Shown: positions 20,473-31,870, counted from the stretch's first letter. The stretch is DNA of 64,000 nucleotides from Candidatus Poribacteria bacterium (GCA_963663765.2 CAXXUA010000003.1:448001-512000); one strand, 5' to 3'. Program-made: numbers and translations. The notes: generated by a model not told the origin, from the letters alone.

Positions 20473-21663
20473 GTGGAAAATCTCACATTTACACAGGAAA
20501 TTAAACCACCAAGTACCAAGAAAAGCCCTTTACGATGGCTAAAGGATAACCTGTTTAGTAATTGGTATAATACCCTTTTAACACTCTTTACCATTGTACT
20601 TCTATACTTCCTATTCAAAAGTGTTTTTACTTGGGTGTTTACGCAGGCACAATGGGCAGTTATCCCTGCAAACTTGCAGATACTTTCTGTCGGTTCATAT
20701 CCAAGAGAGCATCTATGGCGAGTTGCTTATGTTATTTATGTACTTGCTGTTCTAATGGGACTGAGTGCGGGTATTTGGAAGGGGTTAAACCAACAAATTA
20801 CTTTTGCTATTGCTTGCATCGGTGCGGTCATAACACTGTTGCCTATAAATGTTAATACTTCTGTCCGAGAAACAGCAGTCATAGCAACTACACTGATAGC
20901 AGTTTCTTATGTACTTGGTCGAGATCGACAAAATTTGAAGCGATGGGTTATTATAGGTTGGGTACTCATGTTTCCCTGGATGATGTTCATGCTGCATGGA
21001 TTTGGTGAAAATTCCATCTCAACGTTAAATTGGGGTGGGTTGCTCCTAACACTAATCCTGGCAGTTGTTGGTATTGTTGCATGCTTTCCAATTGGAGTAC
21101 TGTTGGCACTCGGTCGGCGAAGTCGACTACCCGCAATTAGATGGGTTTCGATAGTATATATTGAGGTTGTGCGCGGAATGCCGTTGGTAACCATACTCTT
21201 TATGGGAAGTCTCATGTTACCGATTTTTTTGCCTGGAGGTTTTCAACTTGACAAAGTTTTACGTGCAATGATCGCACTAACGCTTTTCTCAGCGGCTTAT
21301 ATGGCAGAGAATGTACGTGGCGGACTTCAAGCAGTTCCGAGAGGACAATACGAAGCCGCACAAGCCGTTGGACTCTCCTACCCCAAAACGATGACGTTTA
21401 TCGTTCTACCGCAAGCACTCAGATCTGTTATACCCGCTATTGTAGGACAGTTCATCGCGCTCTTTAAAGATACATCATTGGTATCAATCATCGCACTGTC
21501 TGAACTATTGGGGGTGTCAGATAACATTCTCGGCAATCCTAACTGGACTGGACTTAAACCGGAATTATATCTATTTATCGCTGTGATATATTTTATATTT
21601 ACTTTCGCAATGTCCTATGTAAGCCAGATTGTTGAAGCAGATTTAGGAGTCGGAAAGCATTAG
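20473..21663 (+). CDS. aapM: Amino acid ABC permease
   Basis: WGGLLLTL, RGMPLV, AYMAENVRGGLQ and KDTSL motifs. Confidence 0.85.
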   Translation: MENLTFTQEIKPPSTKKSPLRWLKDNLFSNWYNTLLTLFTIVLLYFLFKSVFTWVFTQAQWAVIPANLQILSVGSYPREHLWRVAYVIYVLAVLMGLSAGIWKGLNQQITFAIACIGAVITLLPINVNTSVRETAVIATTLIAVSYVLGRDRQNLKRWVIIGWVLMFPWMMFMLHGFGENSISTLNWGGLLLTLILAVVGIVACFPIGVLLALGRRSRLPAIRWVSIVYIEVVRGMPLVTILFMGSLMLPIFLPGGFQLDKVLRAMIALTLFSAAYMAENVRGGLQAVPRGQYEAAQAVGLSYPKTMTFIVLPQALRSVIPAIVGQFIALFKDTSLVSIIALSELLGVSDNILGNPNWTGLKPELYLFIAVIYFIFTFAMSYVSQIVEADLGVGKH

Positions 21664-21695
21664 GAATTTGTTATGATTGAAGGAGGAATTAGAAA

Positions 21696-22457
21696 ATGAA
21701 TGAAAATGAAAATATCACAAATGATCCAATTATTGTATGTGAAGATGTACACAAATGGTTTGACGATTTCCATGTCCTCAAAGGGATTACAACGTCTTTC
21801 AAAAAAGGTGAGAAAGCGGTGATCTGCGGTCCGTCTGGTTCAGGGAAATCCACATTTATCCGAACAATCAATCGGCTTGAAGAACATCAACGCGGGACAA
21901 TTATTGTTGATGGTATTGAACTCAGCAACGATCTTCGAAATATCAACCTAATCCGTCAAGAAGTCGGGATGGTGTTCCAACAGTTCAACCTATTTCCACA
22001 CTTGTCAAATTTACAGAATATAACGTTGGGTCCAATCCGGGTTCGGAAAATGACGAAAAGTGACGCGGAGGAAGCAGCTTTAGCATTATTAGATCGAATG
22101 GGTATTGAAGATCAAGCGTATAAGTACCCCGCAGAAATTTCGGGTGGACAACAGCAACGTGTTGCAATCGCAAGAGCCTTAGCGATGGAGCCAAAAATCA
22201 TGCTCTTTGATGAACCGACAAGTGCACTTGACCCTGAGATGATTTCAGAGGTGTTAGATGTGATGCGTGAACTTGCACGTTCAGGGATGACGATGCTTGT
22301 TGTCACACACGAGATGGGATTCGCGCGGGAAGTTGCGGATCGGGTGATGTTCTTTGATGAAGGTGTAGTCGTGGAGGAAGCAGCACCCGTCGATTTCTTT
22401 GACAACCCACAGCACGACCGCACAAAACTTTTCATTTCGCAAACACTGCAGCATTAG
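21696..22457 (+). CDS. aapP: Amino acid ABC ATP-binding protein
   Basis: [17 protein letters not shown] and DEPTSALD motifs. Confidence 0.9.
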   Translation: MNENENITNDPIIVCEDVHKWFDDFHVLKGITTSFKKGEKAVICGPSGSGKSTFIRTINRLEEHQRGTIIVDGIELSNDLRNINLIRQEVGMVFQQFNLFPHLSNLQNITLGPIRVRKMTKSDAEEAALALLDRMGIEDQAYKYPAEISGGQQQRVAIARALAMEPKIMLFDEPTSALDPEMISEVLDVMRELARSGMTMLVVTHEMGFAREVADRVMFFDEGVVVEEAAPVDFFDNPQHDRTKLFISQTLQH

Positions 22458-22483
22458 TGATTTTACGATAGAATGTACTACCT

Positions 22484-22732
22484 ATGAAAGCAGAATACAA
22501 CTTATTAAAAGGGCAGCGCAGCAGATTCTACAATGCTGATGCTGTTTTCAGAACTCCTATCTATCTTGATAAAGATGTTGATGAGTTTATACAACATCTT
22601 GCTGACGTTAAGGAAAAAGATGTTGGCGAATTGGTTAATGAACTACTACGGCACAACATGCAGTTGATACAAAGCATCCGATTAGATTATGTACGTTACT
22701 ACCTAGTGGTTTCACCACGCAGCCTGCAATAG
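22484..22732 (+). CDS. Orphan BrnA/CopG-like antitoxin
   Basis: MKAEYNL..G.R.RFY...IYLDKDV...VNELLR pattern. Confidence 0.55.
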   Translation: MKAEYNLLKGQRSRFYNADAVFRTPIYLDKDVDEFIQHLADVKEKDVGELVNELLRHNMQLIQSIRLDYVRYYLVVSPRSLQ

Positions 22733-23068
22733 CATAATCGGAATCGTTTCTGTAATCGACGGTGTATAAGATGAGAGTAATAACACATCACTCACTGGTG
22801 GACGTTGTAGAACATCTATCACAATATCTTGGAGATCATCCGATAATTCCAATAAACCTGTGAGTGGAAAAGTACGAGGTCCCATATCGGTTTTTTGGGC
22901 AAGTACAGAGTATTCCAGAAAAGTCATCCCAACAGCTTTGCGATCTTGTTTATTTAGTCTGAGCAAAATGTGAGGAGTTAATTCTATACCAGTTGCATTC
23001 TCACCTGGGGCAAATGAGATATAAAGTGTATTACTTACTTCGTCGTAGTTGAAAATTGGGGGTGTCAT
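22712..23068 (-). CDS. DUF2283-like putative antitoxin
   Basis: YDEVSNTLYISF...ILLRL...AVGMTF. Confidence 0.7.
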   Translation of the reverse strand: MTPPIFNYDEVSNTLYISFAPGENATGIELTPHILLRLNKQDRKAVGMTFLEYSVLAQKTDMGPRTFPLTGLLELSDDLQDIVIDVLQRPPVSDVLLLSSYTPSITETIPIMLLQAAW

Positions 23069-23074
23069 ATCATT

Positions 23075-23407
23075 TTACCCTATCTGTTTTTGGAATGCCA
23101 CGACAATGTAGTTATTTGACAGTGGCTTACCTTCCGAATCTTCACGAAAACGGAACAGAACAATTGCCACTATATGAGTATTATATTCAGGCAAATCATT
23201 AAAGGAATTTACATAACGGTATTTTTGTGGATTCAATGTATCTTGCGATCTTCTTCCGAAACGAATTGTCAACTTTAGGTGTTCTTCATAATTGATCATT
23301 TCTGAATGGTTTGTTGAGTTAGTAATGTGCTGCCAACGTTCATGTGTGAGATAAATCTCATTTCTATATCGGTCATACATTGTCCAACGGATACCAATTG
23401 ATTTCAT
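23075..23407 (-). CDS. Putative BECR/DUF4258-like toxin paired with the DUF2283 gene
   Basis: IYLTHERWQHI...H.EM...YIVVAF. Two-gene operon layout. Confidence 0.55.
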   Translation of the reverse strand: MKSIGIRWTMYDRYRNEIYLTHERWQHITNSTNHSEMINYEEHLKLTIRFGRRSQDTLNPQKYRYVNSFNDLPEYNTHIVAIVLFRFREDSEGKPLSNNYIVVAFQKQIG

Positions 23408-23494
23408 TATTTCCTCTTGAGTTGCTTAGGAAGTACTCACTTCAATTCACTATTTATTATAACATCATAAACAGAAATAATGATAGGAAAAACA

Positions 23495-23825
23495 CAGGGT
23501 TATTCAGTTTTAAGAATCTATCGTTATACCAGTTAACTTTGGGTTAAGATTAGTAATTATATAGGATTTTTATGGTATTCTTGATTTTGGTCTGAACTAG
23601 GATTTTCAGGATTAGCAGATTTTCAGGATTTACCTCATCAAGGGTTTTTGATATGCGTTTATGCTCTCTTTTGGAATAGGATTTGATAAGAAATATCTTG
23701 ATAATCTGCTAATCCTGAAAATCCTGGTTCAGACAAAGAATGGGTTAACACCCAAAAATAAGCTAACTCAAGGATTAACAACTGTGATAGGACTTACTCA
23801 ATAAATTGAAAACTGAATTACCCTG
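23495..23825. mobile_element. ISAs1-end MITE (cagggttattcagtttt) with an internal palindromic cassette
   Basis: TIR pair plus inner inverted repeat gtctgaactaggattttcaggatt. Second copy at 55082-55413. Confidence 0.8.
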
Positions 23826-23842
23826 AAACTGAATTACCCTGA

Positions 23843-23871
23843 TTGACAACTCTCGTCATAAGTGTTATCAT
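23843..23871 (+). promoter_or_regulatory. sigma70 promoter candidate
   Basis: TTGACA-17-TATCAT. Confidence 0.5.
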
Positions 23872-24049
23872 TATAAGTGTTATCATTACCACAACAAAAA
23901 TATGATGCAGCGTGGTTCAGAGGATATCCGCTAATTCTTGCATCATTATTTAACCAATACCCTCTAAAAATGCTGATAATTACATCATTTTCATGATATT
24001 TCTTGATTATATCAAGAAAACTGCGTAAGTCCTGTGGAGTTATAAATCA

Positions 24050-26131
24050 ATGAAGACGAAGCATATATTTTACATTCTATTTTTTTCTTTTTCCTTGATA
24101 AATCATCCTGTTTTCGCACAAACAAAAATAATGAGAAGTATACCCGATGGAGCCATAGCACGTCTCGGTAAAGGTGGTATCAATGTCATGCGATTTTCAC
24201 CTGATGGAATGCATCTTGCTGTTGGAACCGATATCGGTGTCCGACTGTATAATGTTGCGACAAAAGAAGAAATATCACTCCCCAACAGAATCGTAGGGCA
24301 GATCAACACTTTAGCCTTTTCAAAGGATGGAAGTATACTTGCTTGTGGTGGTTATTTAAACCCTATTATTCAGCTTTGGCATGTAGAGAACAGAAATGAA
24401 CTACCTTCATTACCATCATCAAAACCCAAAACTTATGTTGACTTGGAACATTTTCCCATACATTCAGTGATCGCATTAGCTTTCTCAGAGAACGGAAGAA
24501 CACTTATTGGTGTAGATTATGAAGGACGATTTACCTACTGGGATATTAACTCACAAAAGATTGAATCAGAGCAGCAAAAATATACTATATGTGATATAAA
24601 CGCATCTGCCTTGTCTCACGATGGACACACCTTCATTACAGGCAGAGAAAATGGTGAAATCTCAATATGGAATACAGAGTCAGGGAACAGAGACGCAATT
24701 ATCAAAGGACATAAACCGCGATTTCGTTGGTCCAAACGAAACCCAAGAATACGCGCATTAACTTTCTCACCAGATGGATCCGCTTTCGCAAGTGGAAGTA
24801 AAGACATGACTGTGTGTTTATGGGATACGAAACGTCGTAGTAAGAAAGCAACATTGAAAGGTCATAATGCATGGGTCACGACAATTGCTTTTTCACAAAA
24901 TAGTCATACTGTTGCAAGTGGGGATTCGGATGGAGATATCAGAATTTGGGATACCCAAAGAAAACGTTTAAAGACAAAACTTGATAGTCATACAAATAGT
25001 ATCCTTACGCTTGCATTCTCGCCAGATGGGAAAACATTTGCAAGTGGCAGTGCAGATGGAACAATAAAACTATGGGATCCATCTACATGGCAAGAACACA
25101 CCACTTTGGATACTGATTATGCAGAGTGGGTAAGATCTATTGCTTTCTCATCAGATAATACAACGGTTTCAACCGCAATGTTTAACAACACAGTCCAAAT
25201 ATATGATGCTAACACTGGTGACAAACTTAAGGAATTCGCTGATGCAAATCAGAAATTAACACATTCAGTTGTTCTATCACCTGAAGCGACACACCTCGTT
25301 TGTCATCCAGTACAAGGCAATATTGTTTTTAATGCAGAACAAGAGTGGCATACTGAATACCACTATGAAGGACATGAGAAAATTCAGATTTGGAACCTTG
25401 AAACCAGTCAAGAACTCCCACCACTCATCAATGCTTATGGTAGTATAGTATTTTCTCCTGATAACGAAACTGTTGCTTGTGGTTCCGCTGAAGGGATTAA
25501 AATATGGTGGTCTGGAGTTCCTTCAGGAACTTATACGTATGGACTCTTTGGAATGGATGTTTGGAATGTGAGAACTGGTCAGAAAAGGAAACACTTACCT
25601 TCAATTAATAGAGCTATTGCATTCTCACCAGATGGCACTAAACTTGTTACAAAAGATAAAAAATCTTTTGAGACGCTTATTTGGGATGTAGAGTCATCTG
25701 ATATATTCCTCACACTTAACAAAAGTGCAGAAGCCGCGGCTTTTTCACCCGATGGTACCATCCTTGCAACAAGAAAGTCTTTGTCTTTTGAGATACTTTT
25801 ATGGGATACTGAAACGGGGGAGATGTTACGTAAAATTCGACCCGAAGGGTATAATACGGTGAATGGGATGGCTATGACCTTCTCTCCTGATGGATCTATG
25901 CTCCTCGTTTCAAAAGGCTCACCTGTTATGCAATTTCCATCTGATTTCATTGAAATCATTGATGTGGTTACTGACGAAACGCTTCTCTCTCTTCCTGGGC
26001 ATACAGAACCTATTGAAACCTTGGTATTCTCACATGATGGAAAAATCTTAGCAAGTGGGTCTAAGGATGGCACAGTGCTGTTGTGGAACTGGAAGAAAAT
26101 CTTAGCAAAAATCAAACCTGATGATAGGTAG
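24050..26131 (+). CDS. Secreted WD40 repeat protein
   Basis: Signal peptide, PDGAIARLGKG motif and many GH...AFSPDG..ASGS.D..W repeats. Confidence 0.92.
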   Translation: MKTKHIFYILFFSFSLINHPVFAQTKIMRSIPDGAIARLGKGGINVMRFSPDGMHLAVGTDIGVRLYNVATKEEISLPNRIVGQINTLAFSKDGSILACGGYLNPIIQLWHVENRNELPSLPSSKPKTYVDLEHFPIHSVIALAFSENGRTLIGVDYEGRFTYWDINSQKIESEQQKYTICDINASALSHDGHTFITGRENGEISIWNTESGNRDAIIKGHKPRFRWSKRNPRIRALTFSPDGSAFASGSKDMTVCLWDTKRRSKKATLKGHNAWVTTIAFSQNSHTVASGDSDGDIRIWDTQRKRLKTKLDSHTNSILTLAFSPDGKTFASGSADGTIKLWDPSTWQEHTTLDTDYAEWVRSIAFSSDNTTVSTAMFNNTVQIYDANTGDKLKEFADANQKLTHSVVLSPEATHLVCHPVQGNIVFNAEQEWHTEYHYEGHEKIQIWNLETSQELPPLINAYGSIVFSPDNETVACGSAEGIKIWWSGVPSGTYTYGLFGMDVWNVRTGQKRKHLPSINRAIAFSPDGTKLVTKDKKSFETLIWDVESSDIFLTLNKSAEAAAFSPDGTILATRKSLSFEILLWDTETGEMLRKIRPEGYNTVNGMAMTFSPDGSMLLVSKGSPVMQFPSDFIEIIDVVTDETLLSLPGHTEPIETLVFSHDGKILASGSKDGTVLLWNWKKILAKIKPDDR

Positions 26132-26142
26132 GAAAAAGACAG

Positions 26143-26901
26143 ATGCGGTTAAAGGATAAAGTCGCAATTGTCACAGGTGCAGGACGCGGAATTGGTAGAG
26201 CAATCGCAATGCGGTTTGCTGAGGAAGGTGCTAAAGTTGTCGTTGATGACGTTGACGATACCATCGGTAACTCCACTGTCGCTGATATTACCGATACTGG
26301 TGGCGAAGCACTTTTTATCAACGCTGATGTTTCAAATGCCACAGATGCTGAAACACTTATAACAAAAACTGCTGATACATACGGAACAGTTGACATACTT
26401 GTAAATAACGCTATCTGTTCCACAAAAGACGTATTGAATAACAACTGGGAAGCCAACTTAGCTGTCGCACTTCAAGGCACAAGCCAATGCATTAACGCAG
26501 TGATACCTATCATGCAACAAGCCGGTGTCGGGAGCATCGTCAACATTGCATCGGTCAACGGTCTTATTGGATTGCAAGGTATTCATGCCTATTCTGCTGC
26601 AAAGGGTGGTGTAATTGCGTTGACACGGTCTATGGCAGTCGCACACGGCAAAGATAACATCCGTATCAACTGTATCTGCCCTGGCACCGTGCAGACTGAA
26701 GTCTGGGAACCAATGATCCAACGCAATCCGAATATCATTGACGAAATCACGCCTTGGTATCCATTGGGACGTATCGGAAAGCCTATTGACATTGCCAATG
26801 CCGCGCTGTTCCTTGCATCCGATGAGGCGAGTTTTGCGACTGGTGCGGTTTTTGTGATTGATGGAGGATTAACTGCGGGTAATCACCAGTTCCCGATTTG
26901 A
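26143..26901 (+). CDS. Short-chain dehydrogenase/reductase
   Basis: TGAGRGIG, NNA and YSAAK motifs. Confidence 0.93.
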   Translation: MRLKDKVAIVTGAGRGIGRAIAMRFAEEGAKVVVDDVDDTIGNSTVADITDTGGEALFINADVSNATDAETLITKTADTYGTVDILVNNAICSTKDVLNNNWEANLAVALQGTSQCINAVIPIMQQAGVGSIVNIASVNGLIGLQGIHAYSAAKGGVIALTRSMAVAHGKDNIRINCICPGTVQTEVWEPMIQRNPNIIDEITPWYPLGRIGKPIDIANAALFLASDEASFATGAVFVIDGGLTAGNHQFPI

Positions 26902-26932
26902 ACTATCATAGACGTATACGATTTTAATTGTG

Positions 26933-27125
26933 CAGGACTTACGTAGTTTTCATGATTTGATGAAGAATTATGACGAAAATGGTGTAATTTTCAGCATTTT
27001 TTCGGTTTCCAGCGCCAAATCAACGGTATGAATGCCTTTTGGCATTCCCCGCCTACAAAGCACCAAATCAACGGTATGAATGCCATTTAGGCATTCACCG
27101 CCTACCGTTGGGTGCGTAAGTCCTG
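26933..27125. mobile_element. IS701-end MITE with two hairpin mini-element inserts
   Basis: caggacttacg...cgtaagtcctg. 5-bp TSD ttgtg. Confidence 0.9.
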
Positions 27126-27175
27126 TTGTGGATACAATTCTTATTGCAGCATCAGATCATAAGGAGAAAAACCTG

Positions 27176-28027
27176 ATGGTAACACAACAACAGATTGACT
27201 TTTTCCAAGAAAATGGATACCTCAAATACGGTAAAGTATTAGATAGTGATGGTGTAGAAACCATGCGCGATGGATTAGACACCATCATAGAATTGGAACT
27301 CAACGAAGGTGACGACTCTTCACCGGAATTCAAGTATGGACATGACCGCAAAGGTGAACAACTCAATAGAGGTAGAGGACACCCGCGTGCTATACATCAA
27401 TTTGTTAATATGTGGAAACGTGAACCCAGTTATGAAGCAGCCATACACAATTCCCTGATTGCTGGTGCAGCCCGCGCTCTGTTGGACACACCAGAAGTCA
27501 GACTCTGGCATGATCAGGTTATATCCAAACCCCCAAAAGATAACGGACACTTCGGTTTTCATCATGATTTTTTCTTCTGGCCCCTCAGTCCACCCAACAT
27601 AGTCAGTTGTTGGCTTGCATTGGATGATGCAACGGTGGAAAATGGTTGTATGCACGTTATGCCAAAAAGCCACAAGGATGAACGTTTCTCGGTGAAAGCA
27701 AAAGCAGCGTTTGATGCAGAAACAGTAAAAGCACGGGAAGAAGGTCGTGAACCACCACCAAACCCATGGGCAGAAAGACGCAGTTTAGACATCAGCCACG
27801 GTATCCCTGTGGAGTTGAAAGCAGGAGAGTGCATGTTTCATCACTGCCTAAACTGGCACGGTACACCGCCAAATGTCACTGACCGTCAACGTCGAGCGTT
27901 TGTCATGATCTTCATGGCACAAGACGTTTGCTATAACAATGCACAATCTTCAGGACACGTCCTTGTTCCAACAATTGAGGTAAAAGATGGAGAACCACTT
28001 GTAGGAGATGCGTTCCCAGTAGCATAA
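27176..28027 (+). CDS. Phytanoyl-CoA dioxygenase (PhyH) family 2OG-Fe(II) oxygenase
   Basis: HHD, WLALDDATVENGC, H.TPPN...RR motifs. RBS aaggag. Confidence 0.92.
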   Translation: MVTQQQIDFFQENGYLKYGKVLDSDGVETMRDGLDTIIELELNEGDDSSPEFKYGHDRKGEQLNRGRGHPRAIHQFVNMWKREPSYEAAIHNSLIAGAARALLDTPEVRLWHDQVISKPPKDNGHFGFHHDFFFWPLSPPNIVSCWLALDDATVENGCMHVMPKSHKDERFSVKAKAAFDAETVKAREEGREPPPNPWAERRSLDISHGIPVELKAGECMFHHCLNWHGTPPNVTDRQRRAFVMIFMAQDVCYNNAQSSGHVLVPTIEVKDGEPLVGDAFPVA

Positions 28028-28045
28028 CAAGGTTTGGATACAAAG

Positions 28046-29233
28046 ATGCAAGATTCAACGTTTATTAAAAGAGTCATTCTCAAAAACTATAAGAGTATAG
28101 CTGCGTGTGATGTGCAGTTGCAGCCGTTGACATTTCTTGTTGGTCGCAATGGGTCGGGGAAAAGCAATTTCCTTGATGCGTTGCGTTTTGTTGCTGATGC
28201 ATTAAATTCCTCACTTGATCATGCAATACGTGATCGTGGTGGTATCAATGATGTCCGCCGTCGTTCTCGCGGACATCCAAACCATTTCAGTATTAGACTT
28301 GAATTCGTTTTATCTGATGGTTCAACGGGACATTATGCTTTCCGCATTGGAACAAGTTCACAAAGAGGTTACGAGGTGCAAAAAGAACAGTGTAAACTGC
28401 ATTCTGATTTATACTATCATATTGATAAAGGAAATGTGACGCGTACGAGTGTGAAGGTTGCACCGGCTGCTGCACCTGATAGACTCTACTTGGTAAATGC
28501 TTCCGGTCTACCCGAATTCCGACCTATCTATGATGCGTTCTCTCAGATGGGGTTTTACAATCTCAATCCTAATAAAATCCGCGATCTTCAATTACACGAT
28601 AATACGGACATGCTTCTGCAAGATGGAAGCAACCTTACGAATGTCTTCTCAAAACTGTCACCCATTGTGAAACAGGACATTGAGGAATACCTTTCAATAA
28701 TCGTACCTGGTGTTCGTGGTGTAGAAGTAGAAAAGGTGGGGGACAAGGAGATATTAGTGTTTAGACAGGATGTTGTAGGAGACAAACACCCCTGCCGATT
28801 TCATGTAAACAATATGTCTGATGGCACACTGCGATTGTTGGGAATTTTGGTGGCACTCTCTCAGAATAAACGTAATACGCAAAAGCATGTCTCACTTATA
28901 GGAATTGAAAAACCAGAGATAGCAATGTATCCTGCAATGGTAGGCGCGTTACTTGATGAATTTCAGAACGCTGCCTACAACACGCAAGTTATCGTAACTA
29001 CTCATAGTCCAGACTTACTTGATGAAAAGAGTCTTGATGTAGATTCAATTCTCGTTGCAGAAGTACATAATGGAAATACAATTGTTGCACCCGTGGATGA
29101 TGTATGCAGATCGGTGGTACATGACAAGATGTTTACAGTAGGCGATCTATTACGTAGAGATCAATTGGAACCTGACATGGAATTTATTTCTTCTACCGAA
29201 AAAGCAAAACAACTCAGTCTATTCAATTTTTAG
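28046..29233 (+). CDS. AAA_21/COG4637-type ATPase
   Basis: GRNGSGKSN, MSDGT, IEKPE (degenerate Walker B) and TTHSP motifs. Confidence 0.85.
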   Translation: MQDSTFIKRVILKNYKSIAACDVQLQPLTFLVGRNGSGKSNFLDALRFVADALNSSLDHAIRDRGGINDVRRRSRGHPNHFSIRLEFVLSDGSTGHYAFRIGTSSQRGYEVQKEQCKLHSDLYYHIDKGNVTRTSVKVAPAAAPDRLYLVNASGLPEFRPIYDAFSQMGFYNLNPNKIRDLQLHDNTDMLLQDGSNLTNVFSKLSPIVKQDIEEYLSIIVPGVRGVEVEKVGDKEILVFRQDVVGDKHPCRFHVNNMSDGTLRLLGILVALSQNKRNTQKHVSLIGIEKPEIAMYPAMVGALLDEFQNAAYNTQVIVTTHSPDLLDEKSLDVDSILVAEVHNGNTIVAPVDDVCRSVVHDKMFTVGDLLRRDQLEPDMEFISSTEKAKQLSLFNF

Positions 29234-29272
29234 GGAAGATCCAAGTAAAAAAGGAACATAGGAAAAGCGTAG

Positions 29273-29890
29273 ATGCCCCTCAAAATTGGTTGTATTGTGG
29301 AAGGACAAGGTGATGTGACAGCCGTGCCAGTCCTGATTCGACGTATTGCAGCGGAACGTTATCCTGAAATAGCAATTCATATACCTCGGCCAATCCGTGT
29401 CAATAGAGCTCAAGTTGTTCTACCAGATCAACTTGAACAAGAAGTTGAATTAGCTGCCCAAAGAATTGGTAGAAATGGTGCAATCTTTATTATCCTTGAC
29501 AGTGACGATGACTGTCCAGCACAATTAGGTCCAGCACTCCTATATCGTGCATCACAAGTCCGTGACAATTTACCAATCGCTGTTGTGCTCGCAAAACGTG
29601 AACTTGAGACATGGTTTCTTGCTGCAGCTGAGTCACTTCGCGGGATAAGAGGATTAAAAAGTGATATTGAACCACCAAACGATCCAGAGGCTATCCGTGG
29701 CGCGAAAGAATGGTTACATAATCGAATGCAAAAAGGTAAAACGTATAGCCCAAGGCGCGACCAACCCGCACTCGCAGCACTATTTGACTTTGAACAAGCG
29801 CGACAAACAGATTCTTTTGATAAATGCTACCGCGACATCGTTCGTCTCCTTGAAGAATTGCAAACAGTCAATGACTCAACAACTGAATAA
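29273..29890 (+). CDS. DUF4276-family TOPRIM-like protein
   Basis: IVEGQGD, LDSDDDC, ELETWFLA and SF.K motifs. Follows the ATPase. Confidence 0.8.
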   Translation: MPLKIGCIVEGQGDVTAVPVLIRRIAAERYPEIAIHIPRPIRVNRAQVVLPDQLEQEVELAAQRIGRNGAIFIILDSDDDCPAQLGPALLYRASQVRDNLPIAVVLAKRELETWFLAAAESLRGIRGLKSDIEPPNDPEAIRGAKEWLHNRMQKGKTYSPRRDQPALAALFDFEQARQTDSFDKCYRDIVRLLEELQTVNDSTTE

Positions 29891-29900
29891 ACGTAAAGAT

Positions 29901-30379
29901 ACGACTTGTGCCAGTTAACCCATTGTTTTCAAAGTTTTTACATATATTAGGTTTATAATGCACACATATCGTCCCTACGGGACTAAAGAGGATGTAGTAT
30001 GACATTTTTCTATAAACATATCGTCCCTACGGGACTGAAGAGGATGTAGTATAACGTTTTTCTACAGGACTTACGCAGTTTTCATGATTTAATCAAGAAT
30101 TGTGATGAAAATGATGTAATTTTCAGCATTTTTTAGGTTTCCGGCGCGCTTACAAAGCACCAAATCAAGAAATCAACGGTATGAATGCCTTTTGGCATTC
30201 CCTGGGTATGAATCATGGAGCATGCCATACGCGCATGCTTCTTTAGGCATTCACCGCCTACCGTTTGGTGCGTAAGTGCTGATGTGTTTCCATTGTAAGT
30301 TTATAATGCACAAACTAAAAGTTTGTGCTACAAAAAGAGGCATTATATATTAGTAACGGTATTATTTAGCACAACTCGT
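29901..30379. mobile_element. MITE with acgacttgtgc ends (IS982-like AC termini), containing REPs and a nested IS701-end MITE (30065-30281)
   Basis: Right end gcacaactcgt. TSD taaagat on both sides. Confidence 0.75.
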
Positions 30380-30433
30380 TAAAGATATAAAATCTATTGC
30401 ATCTAATTAACCAACAAAAATGGAGGATTTAAA

Positions 30434-31837
30434 GTGGAAAACAAACCAAATGTCATATTTGTTCTAACAGACGACCAAGGCCCTTGGGCAATGGGTTGTA
30501 GTGGTAACGACGAACTCCGCACTCCCTTTATTGACCAACTTGCTGCTGAAGGCACCCGCTTTCCCAATTTCTTCTGCACGAGTCCTGTCTGTTCCCCCGC
30601 TCGCGCAAGCCTCATGACTGGACGTATCCCCTCAGCACACGGTGTACACGACTGGATTCGTGATGGAAACATGCCACCCGACCCCTCACGATACCTTGAA
30701 GGATTAACATGCTATAGCGATGTACTTGCAGAAAACAATTACACCGTGGGATTGAGTGGTAAGTGGCATCTCGGTGATAGCGTGTCACCACAGCACGGAT
30801 TCAGTCACTGGTTTGCTTTACCTACAGGGGGCAGCAAATACAACGATGCTAACATGATCCGTGATGGAAAGGTGGAGATGCAGCCTGGTTATCTCACCGA
30901 TATCATCACAGATGATGCCTTAGAGTTTATCTCTGCTAATAAAGACGGACCTTTCTATCTCAGCGTCAACTACAACGCACCACATACACCGTTTAATGGA
31001 CACCCACAAGACATCGTAGATTCTTATGATGATTGTCCATTCAAAACATGTCCACAAGAGGCGTTACATCCATGGGCAGTGCAAGGTGCAGCAGCACACA
31101 TGGGTAATCGCGAGTCGTTGAAGGGTTATTTCGCTGCAATAACAGCACTTGATCTCAACGTCGGACGCATCTTAGATCGACTTGGGGAATTAGGTATCCG
31201 AGAAAATACCCTTGTTGTCTTTAGCAGTGATAACGGTTACTCTTGCGGACATAACGGTTTCTGGCACAAAGGTAACGGGACGTTCCCTCTGAATATGTAT
31301 GAAAACTCCGTGAAAGTTCCCTTTGTCATTAGCCAACCCGGAAGGATACCTGAAGGCCACGTCAGCGAAGCAATGGTAAGTCAATATGATTTCATGCCTA
31401 CACTTCTGGACTATCTCGGTTTACCCGATCCAAATGATGATATGTCCCCTGGCAAAAGTTTTGTGCCAGCACTCACAGGTGAAACAAACGATGCACAGGA
31501 ACAGATCGTAGTTTTTGATGAATACGGTCCTGTCCGAATGATCCGCACACAAGAGTGGAAATATGTTCACCGCTATCCCTACGGTCCGCACGAACTCTAT
31601 AATTTGAAGAAAGACCGGAAGGAACGCAATAATCTGGTAGGGAACAATGATCACAATGCACTAATTTCTGAGATGCGCAGTCAAATGGGGGCATGGTTTG
31701 AACGATATGTCGTTCCCGAATTGGATGGCGCAAGATGTTCGGTAACAGGCGGTGGACAAGCAGCTAAAATAGAGGATGGACAATACGGTGAAGATTCGTT
31801 CCATCCAAGATACGCTGCACCCCGACGTAATGTGTAG
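30434..31837 (+). CDS. Sulfatase (FGly-type)
   Basis: TDDQG, CSPAR, GKWHLG and SSDNG motifs. Confidence 0.95.
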   Translation: MENKPNVIFVLTDDQGPWAMGCSGNDELRTPFIDQLAAEGTRFPNFFCTSPVCSPARASLMTGRIPSAHGVHDWIRDGNMPPDPSRYLEGLTCYSDVLAENNYTVGLSGKWHLGDSVSPQHGFSHWFALPTGGSKYNDANMIRDGKVEMQPGYLTDIITDDALEFISANKDGPFYLSVNYNAPHTPFNGHPQDIVDSYDDCPFKTCPQEALHPWAVQGAAAHMGNRESLKGYFAAITALDLNVGRILDRLGELGIRENTLVVFSSDNGYSCGHNGFWHKGNGTFPLNMYENSVKVPFVISQPGRIPEGHVSEAMVSQYDFMPTLLDYLGLPDPNDDMSPGKSFVPALTGETNDAQEQIVVFDEYGPVRMIRTQEWKYVHRYPYGPHELYNLKKDRKERNNLVGNNDHNALISEMRSQMGAWFERYVVPELDGARCSVTGGGQAAKIEDGQYGEDSFHPRYAAPRRNV

Positions 31838-31870
31838 TTGACCTATTCATTGTTGATTTGGTAATTTCAA

